A stretch of DNA of 57,216 bases from a virus (lineage: Duplodnaviria > Caudoviricetes): positions 1-57,216 of the IMG/VR virus record IMGVR_UViG_3300035182_001074; one strand, 5' to 3'. Positions 19,109 through 28,291 of this stretch are shown here, in pieces (positions within the stretch are counted from its first letter, which is position 1; each line of letters starts with the position of its first letter). The notes under the pieces were generated by a model. That model worked only from the letters and a program-made list of their open reading frames with translations, was not told where the DNA came from and searched no databases. Position numbers and translations under genes: made by a program.

Positions 19109-19978
19109 ATGGCAATCCAGACATCATTCTCTAAGAAGACCATCACAGTGGTGTTTACGCTATCCACTGGAACCTTCGATACAGTGAATAACCAGACCAC
19201 AGTCACTGGGCTGCGGATGGCAGTTGAGATTGATAAAGGAGGCCATCCCAGCAAGAATACCGCTCATCTCAAAATATATGGCATGCTGGATAGAGATATG
19301 AACGCACTCTCATCTCTTGCCTTCCGTCCGCTGTCGGTGAAGAAGAATCTTGTTCAGGTGCTGGCTGGTGATCTCAACAGCTCGTCTGTCGTATTCCAAG
19401 GCGAGATAAGCGAAGCATTCGCCAGCTTCCAGTCGCCTCCTGACCTATTCTTTGATGTGAAGGCTGTGGCAGGATACTATCCTGCTATTGTGCCAGTGCC
19501 TCCTAAGAGCTATCGTGGTGCTACTTCAGTAGATACTATCATGGCTACTCTCGCATCCCAGATGGGCTACTCATTTCAGAATAATGGGGTGAATGTTACC
19601 CTGGACAGTCCTTATTTGTATGGGACTGCTTGGCAACAAGCTGCCTCTGTTGCTGATGCAGCTAACATTGAATTTGGCATAGACGATGATCAATTATTCA
19701 TCGCCCCAAGAAATAAGCCTCGCGCTGGCCGCGCAGTGCTCATCAATGCAGATTCAGGTATGAAGGATTACCCAATTTTCGACAAGAATGGTTTGAAAGT
19801 CATCACACTCTTCAATCCTTCAGTGCAGCTTGGTGGGCTTATCCAGGTTCGGTCAGCAGTGAAGCCAGCAAACGGAGTGTGGAGAGTCCACAGCCTGAAG
19901 CACAGCCTTGAAGCAGAGTATCCGAACGGAAAGTGGCTTTCAACGATCAGTGCTTCGTATGTAGGAGGCGGCCAATGA
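19109..19978 (+). CDS. Baseplate hub protein
   Basis: A.LKIYG, VFQGEI..A, F.NNGV and G.W.V....H.LE..PNG.W motifs. Confidence 0.8.
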   Translation: MAIQTSFSKKTITVVFTLSTGTFDTVNNQTTVTGLRMAVEIDKGGHPSKNTAHLKIYGMLDRDMNALSSLAFRPLSVKKNLVQVLAGDLNSSSVVFQGEISEAFASFQSPPDLFFDVKAVAGYYPAIVPVPPKSYRGATSVDTIMATLASQMGYSFQNNGVNVTLDSPYLYGTAWQQAASVADAANIEFGIDDDQLFIAPRNKPRAGRAVLINADSGMKDYPIFDKNGLKVITLFNPSVQLGGLIQVRSAVKPANGVWRVHSLKHSLEAEYPNGKWLSTISASYVGGGQ

Positions 19979-20628
19979 GTTCTACAGCAGATGGCTATCT
20001 CCCCCAGCGACAGTTAAACTCTGGCAATACACTTTTCAATGAAGTGAGCTTCGTTATCAAACAAGCACTTGGTCGCACGAATGTGGCGATGCCCGTCAGG
20101 GTCGTTGCGGTGTATGGTGGCGGAACTAACGCAGTTGGGACAGTGGATGTGCTGCCTCTCGTCAATCAGCTCGATGGGTCTGGTTCCTCAATGCAGCATT
20201 CCGTTATCTACGGCATTCCATATCTGCGTCTCCAGGGCGGAGTCAATGCTGTCATCTGTGATCCGAAGAAAGGAGATATTGGTTTTTGCATCATCTGTGA
20301 CCGAGATACCAGCGCAGTAAGAGCTTCTGGATCGCAAGCCAATCCTGGCAGCCACAGGCGCTTTGACCCGGCTGATGCGGTCTATGTCGGCGGATGGAAC
20401 AATTCTAAAACAGCCCCGACTCGATACCTTATCATTGATGACTCTGGGATTAAGATTGTCGCCCCAGAGGTGGTCGAGGTCTCTGCTCCGCTGAAGATCA
20501 TAGGGAATGTTGAGATTGATGGGAATCTGACGGTCACTGGTGCTGTTACCGGACAGGGAACTGATCTCCACACTCACACCCACAGTGGTGTCACTGCTGG
20601 CACTGGAACATCAGGAGCTCCGATATGA
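19975..20628 (+). CDS. Baseplate puncturing spike (Gp138/gpV family)
   Basis: VDVLPLV, DP..GDIG...CDRD.S and C-terminal HTHTHSGV metal-binding tip. Confidence 0.9.
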   Translation: MSSTADGYLPQRQLNSGNTLFNEVSFVIKQALGRTNVAMPVRVVAVYGGGTNAVGTVDVLPLVNQLDGSGSSMQHSVIYGIPYLRLQGGVNAVICDPKKGDIGFCIICDRDTSAVRASGSQANPGSHRRFDPADAVYVGGWNNSKTAPTRYLIIDDSGIKIVAPEVVEVSAPLKIIGNVEIDGNLTVTGAVTGQGTDLHTHTHSGVTAGTGTSGAPI

Positions 20629-20990
20629 AAAGTCTTGCCTTGAGCACAGAACAGAATAACTGGGACCTGATGCTGGATGCCGAAGGAAACATTGCGACGG
20701 TGTCGGGTTCGTTAAGCGTAGCTCAGGATGTAGCCTGTGCCATCAAGGTCTTCCTCGGGGAGGTATACTTTGATACAACCATCGGAGTCCCATACTTCGA
20801 GGCTGTCCTGGGCCAGAGTCCATCTGTCCAGCTTCTACAATCCCTGATCCTCGCTCAGGTGCTGAGCGTTGCAGGAGTCGTCTCAACACCAGCTCCGAAA
20901 GTTACGGTGACGAGCTACTCCGATCGAAAGATTGCTGGTCGGGTTAGCTTCACAGACACCACAGGCAAACTTCATAACATATCCTTCTGA
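20625..20990 (+). CDS. Baseplate wedge / sheath initiator (gp25/gpW-like)
   Basis: WDL.LD..GNIA, AQDVACAI..FLGE.YFD...GVPY. Confidence 0.8.
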   Translation: MKSLALSTEQNNWDLMLDAEGNIATVSGSLSVAQDVACAIKVFLGEVYFDTTIGVPYFEAVLGQSPSVQLLQSLILAQVLSVAGVVSTPAPKVTVTSYSDRKIAGRVSFTDTTGKLHNISF

Positions 20991-21001
20991 CAGGAGCGAC
21001 C

Positions 21002-22228
21002 ATGTCAACTGTCCCACAGCCAGTTTTCGGAGTTAATGGCTACTCCATTCCAGATGCCGGGTCGATCCTTGCTGCAGTTCAGAATGATCTCAATACTGCT
21101 TTTGGTGGCGGTGTCAATCCTAGCCTGTCAACTCCACAGGGTCAGTGGTGCTCGAGCCAGGCCGCAATCATCAACAACAAAAACATTCAGTTCCTCTATT
21201 ACGTCTCTCAGGTAGATCCTCTCTACGCTCAGGGCCGCATGCAGGACGCCATCGGCTACATCTACTTCATGACACGTAATCCTGCCATGAGTACGAGTGT
21301 CGTCTGCACTTGCACAGGATTGGCAGGAACAGTCATCCCAGCTGGGGCACAGGCAAAGGACACCAATGGAAACATCTACTATGCCCAGACTGGTGGGACC
21401 ATCCCTGCCAGCGGTAGCATCTCGCTCACATTTTTGAATACAGTCACAGGACCAATCCCGTGTGGCGCTGGGACTCTGAACCAGATCTATGTCGCAATCC
21501 CTGGCTGGGACACGATCACGAATCCTGCTGTTGGCTCCATTGGCACGAATGTGGAGACATCGCAGCAGTTTGAATTCCGTCGTCAGAACAGTGTGGCGAT
21601 GAATTCAAAAGGCAGCATGTCATCAATCTACGCAGCGGTGTTCGCCAGTGGCGCAAGCTTGCCTGTCCCTTCCGTTCCAACGGATGTCTATGTGACGGAA
21701 AACACGACCAGTTCTCCGCTCACGATTGGCGGTGTCACTCTGGTGCCGCATTCTGTCTATGTCGCTGTGGTCGGTGGAGACGATAACTCCATCGCACAGG
21801 CCATCTGGTCCAAGAAAGATCTCGGCTGCGATTACAACGGCAACACGACTGTCGTTGTGCAGGACACGAGCGGATACAATCCGCCTTACCCAACCTACAA
21901 CGTCACCTTCGAGCGACCTGCCGCAGTGCCCATCTACTTTGCAGTGTCCATCGTTAACGATCCGAGTCTCCCGGCTGGTGTTACTTCTTTAATCCAGGCA
22001 GCCATTATCAGTGCCTTCTCTGGCGGTGATGGCGGAACTGCTCAGCGTATCGGTGGTCACGTCTATGCCAGCAGATACTATGCACCAGTTCTTGGAATTG
22101 ATCCACACATCCATGTTCTCAGCCTGTATGTCGGAACTGCTCCTTCTCCTGTCGGCGTCAGTGCTGTCATTAACATCAATCAGTATCCGACAGTGGCTGC
22201 TGCGAATATCTCTGTGAGCCTTGTATGA
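21002..22228 (+). CDS. Baseplate J / gp47 family protein
   Basis: TPQGQ, A.GRMQDAIG.IYF..R and PHSVYVAV.GG motifs. Confidence 0.9.
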   Translation: MSTVPQPVFGVNGYSIPDAGSILAAVQNDLNTAFGGGVNPSLSTPQGQWCSSQAAIINNKNIQFLYYVSQVDPLYAQGRMQDAIGYIYFMTRNPAMSTSVVCTCTGLAGTVIPAGAQAKDTNGNIYYAQTGGTIPASGSISLTFLNTVTGPIPCGAGTLNQIYVAIPGWDTITNPAVGSIGTNVETSQQFEFRRQNSVAMNSKGSMSSIYAAVFASGASLPVPSVPTDVYVTENTTSSPLTIGGVTLVPHSVYVAVVGGDDNSIAQAIWSKKDLGCDYNGNTTVVVQDTSGYNPPYPTYNVTFERPAAVPIYFAVSIVNDPSLPAGVTSLIQAAIISAFSGGDGGTAQRIGGHVYASRYYAPVLGIDPHIHVLSLYVGTAPSPVGVSAVININQYPTVAAANISVSLV

Positions 22229-22797
22229 ACCAAGCTGATCTTGAATCCACCATCATCTCTCAGTATGCCAACAGCCCCAGGCTGATGGCCATCATACAGA
22301 ACATGAATGCGGACATTGACCCGTCTGTAAACTTCGATGACTTCTACGCGAATATCTGGAATATCAATACTGCGGTAGGGTATGGTCTGGATATCTGGGG
22401 ACGAATCATCGGTGTCACAAGAAATCTCTCTATCAATGGTGCTCTCACCACACTATCAGATGCCGACTTCCGCACACTGCTCTTTGTAAAGGCTCTCGCG
22501 AATATCACAGATTGTAGCGCCCATAGCCTCAACCAGCTTCTGTCGAAGCTGTTCGCAGCCCAGGGAAAATGTTACGCAACAGACGTCGGCCATATGCAGA
22601 TGCTGTTCATGTTCGAGTTCAATCTGACAGCAATTGATCTCGCCATCCTTACTCAAGCTGCAGTCCTCCCGCATCCCGCTGGCGTTGGCGCTGGTGTGAT
22701 GAGCTTTGACGCCTCCACAATCTTCGGTTTCTCTGGCAGTGGTCTCCAGCCATTCAACCAGGGAACCTTCTTCAGCGGAGTCACACATGTCGCTTAG
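22225..22797 (+). CDS. Baseplate wedge protein (DUF2612)
   Basis: TIISQYANSP, TA.GYGLDIWGRIIGV.R and LP.PAGV. Confidence 0.9.
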   Translation: MNQADLESTIISQYANSPRLMAIIQNMNADIDPSVNFDDFYANIWNINTAVGYGLDIWGRIIGVTRNLSINGALTTLSDADFRTLLFVKALANITDCSAHSLNQLLSKLFAAQGKCYATDVGHMQMLFMFEFNLTAIDLAILTQAAVLPHPAGVGAGVMSFDASTIFGFSGSGLQPFNQGTFFSGVTHVA

Positions 22798-23944
22798 TCA
22801 ACCAGATCTTCTTCTTCACTCGGTCGGGCAAACTACGCCGGACTACGTCAATGCCATCCCGGATGCTCCGAGCACTGCCTATAATTTCAGCTGGGAGACT
22901 GGGTTCCAGGTCGCCAACATGACACCCATCTCGTCTGGTGGCGTGCCACCAGATATGAAGGACATGAATGGCGTGCTTGCTGCACTAAGCAAATATGCTC
23001 AGTGGCAGATTGTCGGAAGTCCGTTCGCTTTCAGTTCCACCTTTTCCGCTGCCGTTGGCGGATACCCACAAGGAGCAGTCGTCCGAGATCCTGGGTTCAA
23101 CATGCATTCGTTCGTCAGCATGGCTTTTGGAACGAGCACTGATCCTGGCGTAGAAACGAATGTTACTGGCGCCCAGCCGGGAGTGCCCGGCTGGGATTTC
23201 TGGACCACTCGCGGACCTGGCACCGCGTTTGGGTTTGTGATGCATTTAACAGATCACAGCTCGGTAGCGAATGCGATCATTCTCCATCATGATGTTTATA
23301 CTGCCTATGCCAATGGAGGCAGCACTGTTGGCGCGGTTGTGATCTGGAAGCAGGCTATCACAAACACAGGAGCCTGCACTATCACAGTCAATGGCACCAC
23401 AGGAAACCTTGTTCGGCGAGATGGTTCTGCGGTCGTCGGCGGCGATCTAGTCGCTGGGACAGTCTATGTGGCAGAGCTTGACAGCCTCAGCCTTGATTGG
23501 CATCTCCTCTCCTTCTTGCCATCCTATTTACCAGCTGCTGCACCTAAGACCTACGGCACAGACACAGCTGCTGGTCCGATAGCGATCACTTCTGCGACAG
23601 GGCAGATGGCAGGTCTCTATTTCTTTGTCCAGCCATCGAGTACAGGTAGGATATTCTTAAGCCTCTCCTTCCGTCTTAGGAACAATGGCGCAAGTGTTGG
23701 CAGCACAACGATGCAGCTTAACTACGGGACAGGGACTCCTCCGAGCAATGGCGCAGCTCCAACAGGAACTATCATTGGATTGCCGCTTACTGATTCGATT
23801 GCATCTGGCGACTCAGTCCATCGCTCGCTGGCTGCCACCGTCACACTAGATGTGGGGACTGAATACTGGATTGATCTCCAAATCAGCACCAGTGCGACGA
23901 ACTCCTCCCTTTACGAGACTGTGCTCTCCATTATGGAGTTCTGA
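22787..23944 (+). CDS. Tail fibre protein
   Basis: GF...NMTP...GGVPP...DMNG.L and GGYP.GA N-terminal attachment domain; variable beta-rich C-terminus. Confidence 0.85.
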   Translation: MSLSQPDLLLHSVGQTTPDYVNAIPDAPSTAYNFSWETGFQVANMTPISSGGVPPDMKDMNGVLAALSKYAQWQIVGSPFAFSSTFSAAVGGYPQGAVVRDPGFNMHSFVSMAFGTSTDPGVETNVTGAQPGVPGWDFWTTRGPGTAFGFVMHLTDHSSVANAIILHHDVYTAYANGGSTVGAVVIWKQAITNTGACTITVNGTTGNLVRRDGSAVVGGDLVAGTVYVAELDSLSLDWHLLSFLPSYLPAAAPKTYGTDTAAGPIAITSATGQMAGLYFFVQPSSTGRIFLSLSFRLRNNGASVGSTTMQLNYGTGTPPSNGAAPTGTIIGLPLTDSIASGDSVHRSLAATVTLDVGTEYWIDLQISTSATNSSLYETVLSIMEF

Positions 23945-24336
23945 TGGCTACTAAGATAAAGCCTCGTCCTTGGTGGCTGTTCTGGCTCGGCAGTGGCAGA
24001 TGGATCACAATTTCACCGAACATCTACCATCCGCGCAATATATCGCCGGGGGATTTCCCCGCACTGATTGCCCATGAGCAGACTCACCTAGTCCAGCAAG
24101 GATCTCACCGAGTCTCCTGGATTATTCGCTACTTGCTGAGTCCTTCCTTTCGTTTATCCCAGGAGGCAAAGGCAATAGCAGTCGAGCTTGCGTGCTACGA
24201 CCCGAGCTTTTCTGAAGGAGTCCTTTCCTACTACGCCAAAGACCTAGCATCTTCAGCCTACCTCTGGGCTGCGAAATCTGAGGCGTCTGCCAGAACTGCC
24301 ATCAATGAGGCTCGTGCCTCTCTTCTCGGAGCCTGA
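23944..24336 (+). CDS. Small HExxH zinc-metallopeptidase-like protein
   Basis: LIAHEQTHLVQQ followed by R...EA.A. Confidence 0.6.
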   Translation: MATKIKPRPWWLFWLGSGRWITISPNIYHPRNISPGDFPALIAHEQTHLVQQGSHRVSWIIRYLLSPSFRLSQEAKAIAVELACYDPSFSEGVLSYYAKDLASSAYLWAAKSEASARTAINEARASLLGA

Positions 24337-24337
24337 T

Positions 24338-24754
24338 GTGAACTTCCAGTGCCCTCGCAATGTCACAGCTAAAAAAGAGCACGAGAATCAGCGCAACGGA
24401 GTAGGAAGGCGTGACAGCGACGATAAGAAGATCGAGGTCCATCCTATTGCTCTCAGCATCGTTGGCGGGCTCCTCTCAGTAGTGCTAATGGTGCTCGGCT
24501 ACTTCTTCAAGAGCTGGGGCGACAACGTCACCTATGAGATCCACCAGCTCCGTATCGTTGTTCAGGAACAGGTGAAGGAGTCTGCTGCGAACAACGAATG
24601 GAAGTCTGACATGGGGAGGTGGCGTGACAACGTTGATGAGCACTTTCACAGCATCGATGATCAGCTCTCAGCCAATAAGCGTGCCAGGCGTTATCAGCAG
24701 AAAGCAGCCAAGCTCCTCCCATCGACCACGACAGATACAAAGTCCAAACCTTGA
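24338..24754 (+). CDS. Single-TM coiled-coil lysis-module protein (holin/antiholin-like)
   Basis: One hydrophobic helix followed by a coiled coil; directly before the endolysin; start uncertain (24305 or 24338). Confidence 0.5.
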   Translation: MNFQCPRNVTAKKEHENQRNGVGRRDSDDKKIEVHPIALSIVGGLLSVVLMVLGYFFKSWGDNVTYEIHQLRIVVQEQVKESAANNEWKSDMGRWRDNVDEHFHSIDDQLSANKRARRYQQKAAKLLPSTTTDTKSKP

Positions 24755-24764
24755 AAGGTAGCTC

Positions 24765-25316
24765 ATGGGCAATTTCAAGATGGCCTTCAACTTCGCTGCT
24801 CCGCACGAATGGAACCTTCGCCAGAACTACACCAATCTTCCGAATGATCCTGGCGGACCAACAAAGTTCGGCGTCACACTGAAGACGTGGCGCGATCGTA
24901 TGGGAAGCCTTGGCGACATCAACCACGATGGCATCGTGGATGCACAGGACATCAAGCTGCTCACAGAGGATATGATCGAGCCATTCTACAAGAAAAACTA
25001 CTGGGATGATTACTGGCAGGACATAGCAGATGATCGCCTCGCAGCTAAGCTGTACGACATCGGCGTGAACCTCGGACCGCGCACTGCGGTAGAGTATCTT
25101 CAGACGGTTTTGACTGGGCTCGTCGTAGATGGGCGCATCGGTCCGAAGACCATACTCGCCGCCAATGCAGCCGACCCCGAGGAGACCATCAAGGGCCTCT
25201 GCGAAATGCAGCGTTCTCACTATGAACACTGGATCGCTGCTGATCCACGAAGAGAGAGCATGCGCAGCGGACTCATTGCTCGCGCAGAAGACAAGCCCAC
25301 AATGGAGGCAGCATGA
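24765..25316 (+). CDS. Endolysin, glycoside hydrolase family 108 with C-terminal peptidoglycan-binding domain
   Basis: NDPGGPTKFGVT, FYKKNYW, D.GVN.G and VDG.IGPKT. Confidence 0.9.
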   Translation: MGNFKMAFNFAAPHEWNLRQNYTNLPNDPGGPTKFGVTLKTWRDRMGSLGDINHDGIVDAQDIKLLTEDMIEPFYKKNYWDDYWQDIADDRLAAKLYDIGVNLGPRTAVEYLQTVLTGLVVDGRIGPKTILAANAADPEETIKGLCEMQRSHYEHWIAADPRRESMRSGLIARAEDKPTMEAA

Positions 25317-25591
25317 CGGACGCACCGAAGAAAGAAAGTATCATCGCCCGGTTCCTCAATCCTCAGGACAAGGAGCGTGACGTCAAGCTCCTTGTGTTTG
25401 TGGTGGGAACTACTGCGACCATTTACTGGCTCACGAAGGAGCAGATTCGTGGTGCGATCACCCAACAGTGGGTTGATGCGCTCAAATGGTTCCTGGCATC
25501 CATCAGTCTAGGTGGTGCTGGCTGGGCATTCGTGGACAAGTGGAAACCCAAGCCGGATTCTGATCGTCCGCAAGACGGAGGTAGCCAATGA
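25313..25591 (+). CDS. Holin (two TM helices)
   Basis: 92 aa, two hydrophobic segments, charged C-terminus; overlaps the endolysin stop. Confidence 0.6.
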   Translation: MTDAPKKESIIARFLNPQDKERDVKLLVFVVGTTATIYWLTKEQIRGAITQQWVDALKWFLASISLGGAGWAFVDKWKPKPDSDRPQDGGSQ

Positions 25592-26250
25592 GCCTCTCAA
25601 TCACAGACGTCAAATCCTCTGTCATTCGCTTCTTCGCAGTCCTGCTCCTTGGCTGGCTGCTTGGAATGGGCACTGGTTGGAAGCTCTGGCAGACTACCCA
25701 GCCGAACATCCATGTCATGCCCAAGCCCGCAATCCATAACTCTGATGGTAGTGTGGCTCTGGAAGTCCAGCCAGCGCACAACCCAAAGCCAGTTCAACAG
25801 ATTCCCGCAGGCTCGCACGTGGAGTCTGTGGTGTCTGTGACTGTCCAGCCAAACGCCACACAGACGCCCCAGGCGCTACCAGTGCAACCATCGGCCCATG
25901 GCTCGCTTCCTGGGCCCATCGAGCGTCCGCCATGCCCACCTGTTACGGTGGATCTGACAGTCTATAGGGATGCTGACGGATCACGTCGGGTGGTGGTGTC
26001 GAGTCCAGATGGCACCATACTCAAGGGCATTCATCTTGAGAATGAGGTCGGCCCTCCAGCTCCGAAGCTGCTGAAGAACTCAGCTGGTTTGGTCGCAGGT
26101 TCTACCGCCTGGGGTGACAAAGCACTCGGTGTCTATTATGACCATGATTGGAAGTTCCTGCGCTTTGGTGGAGAACTCACCAAGAACACCTATGCCATCG
26201 CTGGTCGGCAAGGGTGGGAAGTTCGTCTAAAGACTGGCATCATCTTCTAG
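25588..26250 (+). CDS. Spanin-position protein: N-terminal TM, Pro-rich linker, C-terminal beta-strands
   Basis: Position after endolysin/holin; ends WEVRLKTGIIF. Confidence 0.5.
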   Translation: MSLSITDVKSSVIRFFAVLLLGWLLGMGTGWKLWQTTQPNIHVMPKPAIHNSDGSVALEVQPAHNPKPVQQIPAGSHVESVVSVTVQPNATQTPQALPVQPSAHGSLPGPIERPPCPPVTVDLTVYRDADGSRRVVVSSPDGTILKGIHLENEVGPPAPKLLKNSAGLVAGSTAWGDKALGVYYDHDWKFLRFGGELTKNTYAIAGRQGWEVRLKTGIIF

Positions 26251-26258
26251 GAGGCAAC

Positions 26259-26423
26259 ATGCTCACTTCCTTTCTTACCAATGCTGTCGTCCTCATCATT
26301 GGCATTCTGCTCGGTGGTTTTATCTTCCGCCGCGACCCTGTGAGCAGAGCCAAGACGTTGGATGCGCTTGAGAAAGCCTACGCTGATGCAAAATCAAAGC
26401 TGACTGCCAAGGCTCACAAGTAG
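26259..26423 (+). CDS. Small membrane protein (54 aa)
   Basis: AGGAGG RBS, one TM helix and a basic amphipathic tail. Confidence 0.65.
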   Translation: MLTSFLTNAVVLIIGILLGGFIFRRDPVSRAKTLDALEKAYADAKSKLTAKAHK

Positions 26424-26437
26424 TTCAAGCAGGCACA

Positions 26438-26474
26438 AAAATAGGCCACAGGCATAAGCTCTGTGGCCTATTTT
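26438..26474. terminator. Bidirectional intrinsic terminator between the convergent arms
   Basis: AAAATAGGCCACAG-9 nt-CTGTGGCCTATTTT. Confidence 0.88.
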
Positions 26475-26496
26475 CTATCTGGATGTGGGAAAGAAC

Positions 26497-26700
26497 TCAG
26501 CGCACAAGATCAGGAGAAGGCGATCCCTCTGTGCTGAGGAACGCGGCGATTTTGGCCTCAAGATCTGCGATTCCGACCTCCAACTCTGCAACTTTGGCTT
26601 CCATCGTTCGCCATGCCTCGGTTGGCGAGCAGGTATGGATGGCACCGTCTTCTTGGCTCTCGGTGAGGGTCAGGCACCGAGGGCAACATTTTGCCTTCAT
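26497..26700 (-). CDS. Small Cys/His protein with coiled coil
   Basis: AAGGAG RBS; CPRC...HTC motif. Confidence 0.6.
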   Translation of the reverse strand: MKAKCCPRCLTLTESQEDGAIHTCSPTEAWRTMEAKVAELEVGIADLEAKIAAFLSTEGSPSPDLVR

Positions 26701-26925
26701 GGCTGCTCCTTCTGGTTCATGTCTCGCGACAGGCGGACTAGCTGCTCGCCCAAATTAAAGTTAGGGTTCTCGCTTCTCGCTCGGTTCGGTGCGATCGGTG
26801 GCGATGATCTGGTGATAGCAGTCGGGCCTGTAGATCGTCAACCCATATGGGCCCGGGAACGGGACCCAAGGCTTCCGACAGATTGGGCAATAGGTAATTT
26901 CGTAGACTTCCTTCATGCTGGTTCC

Positions 26926-27729
26926 TCACTTCATCTCACTAACTGCTCGCTCAACCCACTCCGCCTGACGATAACAGGTGGCTGGGAATCCGTATTCGGC
27001 ACAGCTACAGTATTCACAGCAGGGCTCAGAGACTTCGTGAGCTACAAGAATTCCCAGTTCAGTGGCCTTGTCTTGAAGTTCCCCTCCGTCCACGTCTCCG
27101 ATGGAATCACCACCGCGGGATGCGTCGAGGCACCAGAGGGCGAAATGTGCCAGTCTCAAAAGCTGGTCGTCGCGGCCTAACTCTGCGCTCAGCTCAGGCT
27201 CTGCCTCATGTGTGTTCTGGCTCGCCAGGTCTATTCCTTTCTCTGGGAGAGCCGAGGGGCTTGGGTGCTGTGCTGCTCGCTCCTTATCCCAGCGTTCCCA
27301 GCAGGCGGCCTTATTCTCGAAGTGAGGGCATCGGCTGAATGAAGACCCAAGGCAGGCGTCGCATTCCTTCCATCCTGGGTTCGGTCCGGGTGTGCATTGC
27401 TCCCACCAGCGCGGACAGGTGAATGCGCGATTCTCCATGCCAGGCTTGAATGGTTCACCGGCAAGCCAATTGGCCAACGGCATCCCTCCGAAGTCCTCCA
27501 GCCTGTAGCCGTTCCCTTTCCCGATCCTGATGCCAGGGTTTGCCTGGTAAACGCGCTTGATCCCAGGTAGTTCTTTGCGCCCAGTGAAGGGCTGGAAAAC
27601 CGATTCGCACCACCCCGTCCCCTTGCAGGAGTGGCAGACCACCGCTGCGCCCTTGCCCTCGCCCATGCCAGAATAGAGCCCTGTCCCGTGGCAAGAACCG
27701 CACTCGTGCTTTACCTTGATTTCTTTCAT
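26926..27729 (-). CDS. DnaJ-type zinc-finger protein fused to a second Cys-rich domain
   Basis: Two CxxCxGxG motifs; AAGGAG RBS; the domain junction coincides with an attC-like half site at 27175. Confidence 0.75.
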   Translation of the reverse strand: MKEIKVKHECGSCHGTGLYSGMGEGKGAAVVCHSCKGTGWCESVFQPFTGRKELPGIKRVYQANPGIRIGKGNGYRLEDFGGMPLANWLAGEPFKPGMENRAFTCPRWWEQCTPGPNPGWKECDACLGSSFSRCPHFENKAACWERWDKERAAQHPSPSALPEKGIDLASQNTHEAEPELSAELGRDDQLLRLAHFALWCLDASRGGDSIGDVDGGELQDKATELGILVAHEVSEPCCEYCSCAEYGFPATCYRQAEWVERAVSEMK

Positions 27730-27814
27730 TTCTTCTCCTTCAACTTGTTCGTTGTTCGCAGTCTAACCATTCGTCCCAGCGACCTGCCGAGCTGCTGAAC
27801 TCAGGCAGTAGGCA

Positions 27815-27979
27815 TCATTGCTCCATTAGCAGGTTGTATTCGATGTTCCTCTTGGCTCGATCTGAGCTGGCGCATTCCGAGCACAGGTAGGCATTCGGCG
27901 GGATACTGCGGTCATGCCCATTGTCGGCAGGTCCACCGCACCATGGGCACTTGCTCAAATCAGTCTGTTTGTCTTCCAT
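27815..27979 (-). CDS. Small zinc-ribbon protein
   Basis: CPWC...CSEC; GAGGA RBS. Confidence 0.6.
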   Translation of the reverse strand: MEDKQTDLSKCPWCGGPADNGHDRSIPPNAYLCSECASSDRAKRNIEYNLLMEQ

Positions 27980-28291
27980 CGGTTCCTCAGGCTGGCACAA
28001 TGGCCAGTGAACTTCTCGTTAGGTGCTAAATGGCCATTTCGATTTTCCGAGCTAGGCTGCGCACATGTTTGATGTTGTGGAGGGTTCGGAGAGAGGGCTT
28101 TACCCTGTGCTTGATTCTCTGCCGCATAAATGCTGCGCCGATGAAACAACCAGCCCCAAATGCTATTAACACTGCTCCAATCATCTGTCGCTCCCACGCC
28201 TAACCTGGCGCTGCACTCGGACCCTGCTGCCTGGGTGAATTGTAAAGGATTTCTTGACAGCTCCCGGGGCAGAGCTGGGGAGCTTGGGTTG

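Noticed and set aside
14685-23944. Diversity-generating retroelement or invertase-driven fibre switching
   Set aside because: No reverse transcriptase or recombinase gene, and I saw no template/variable repeat pair or inverted crossover sites around the fibre genes.
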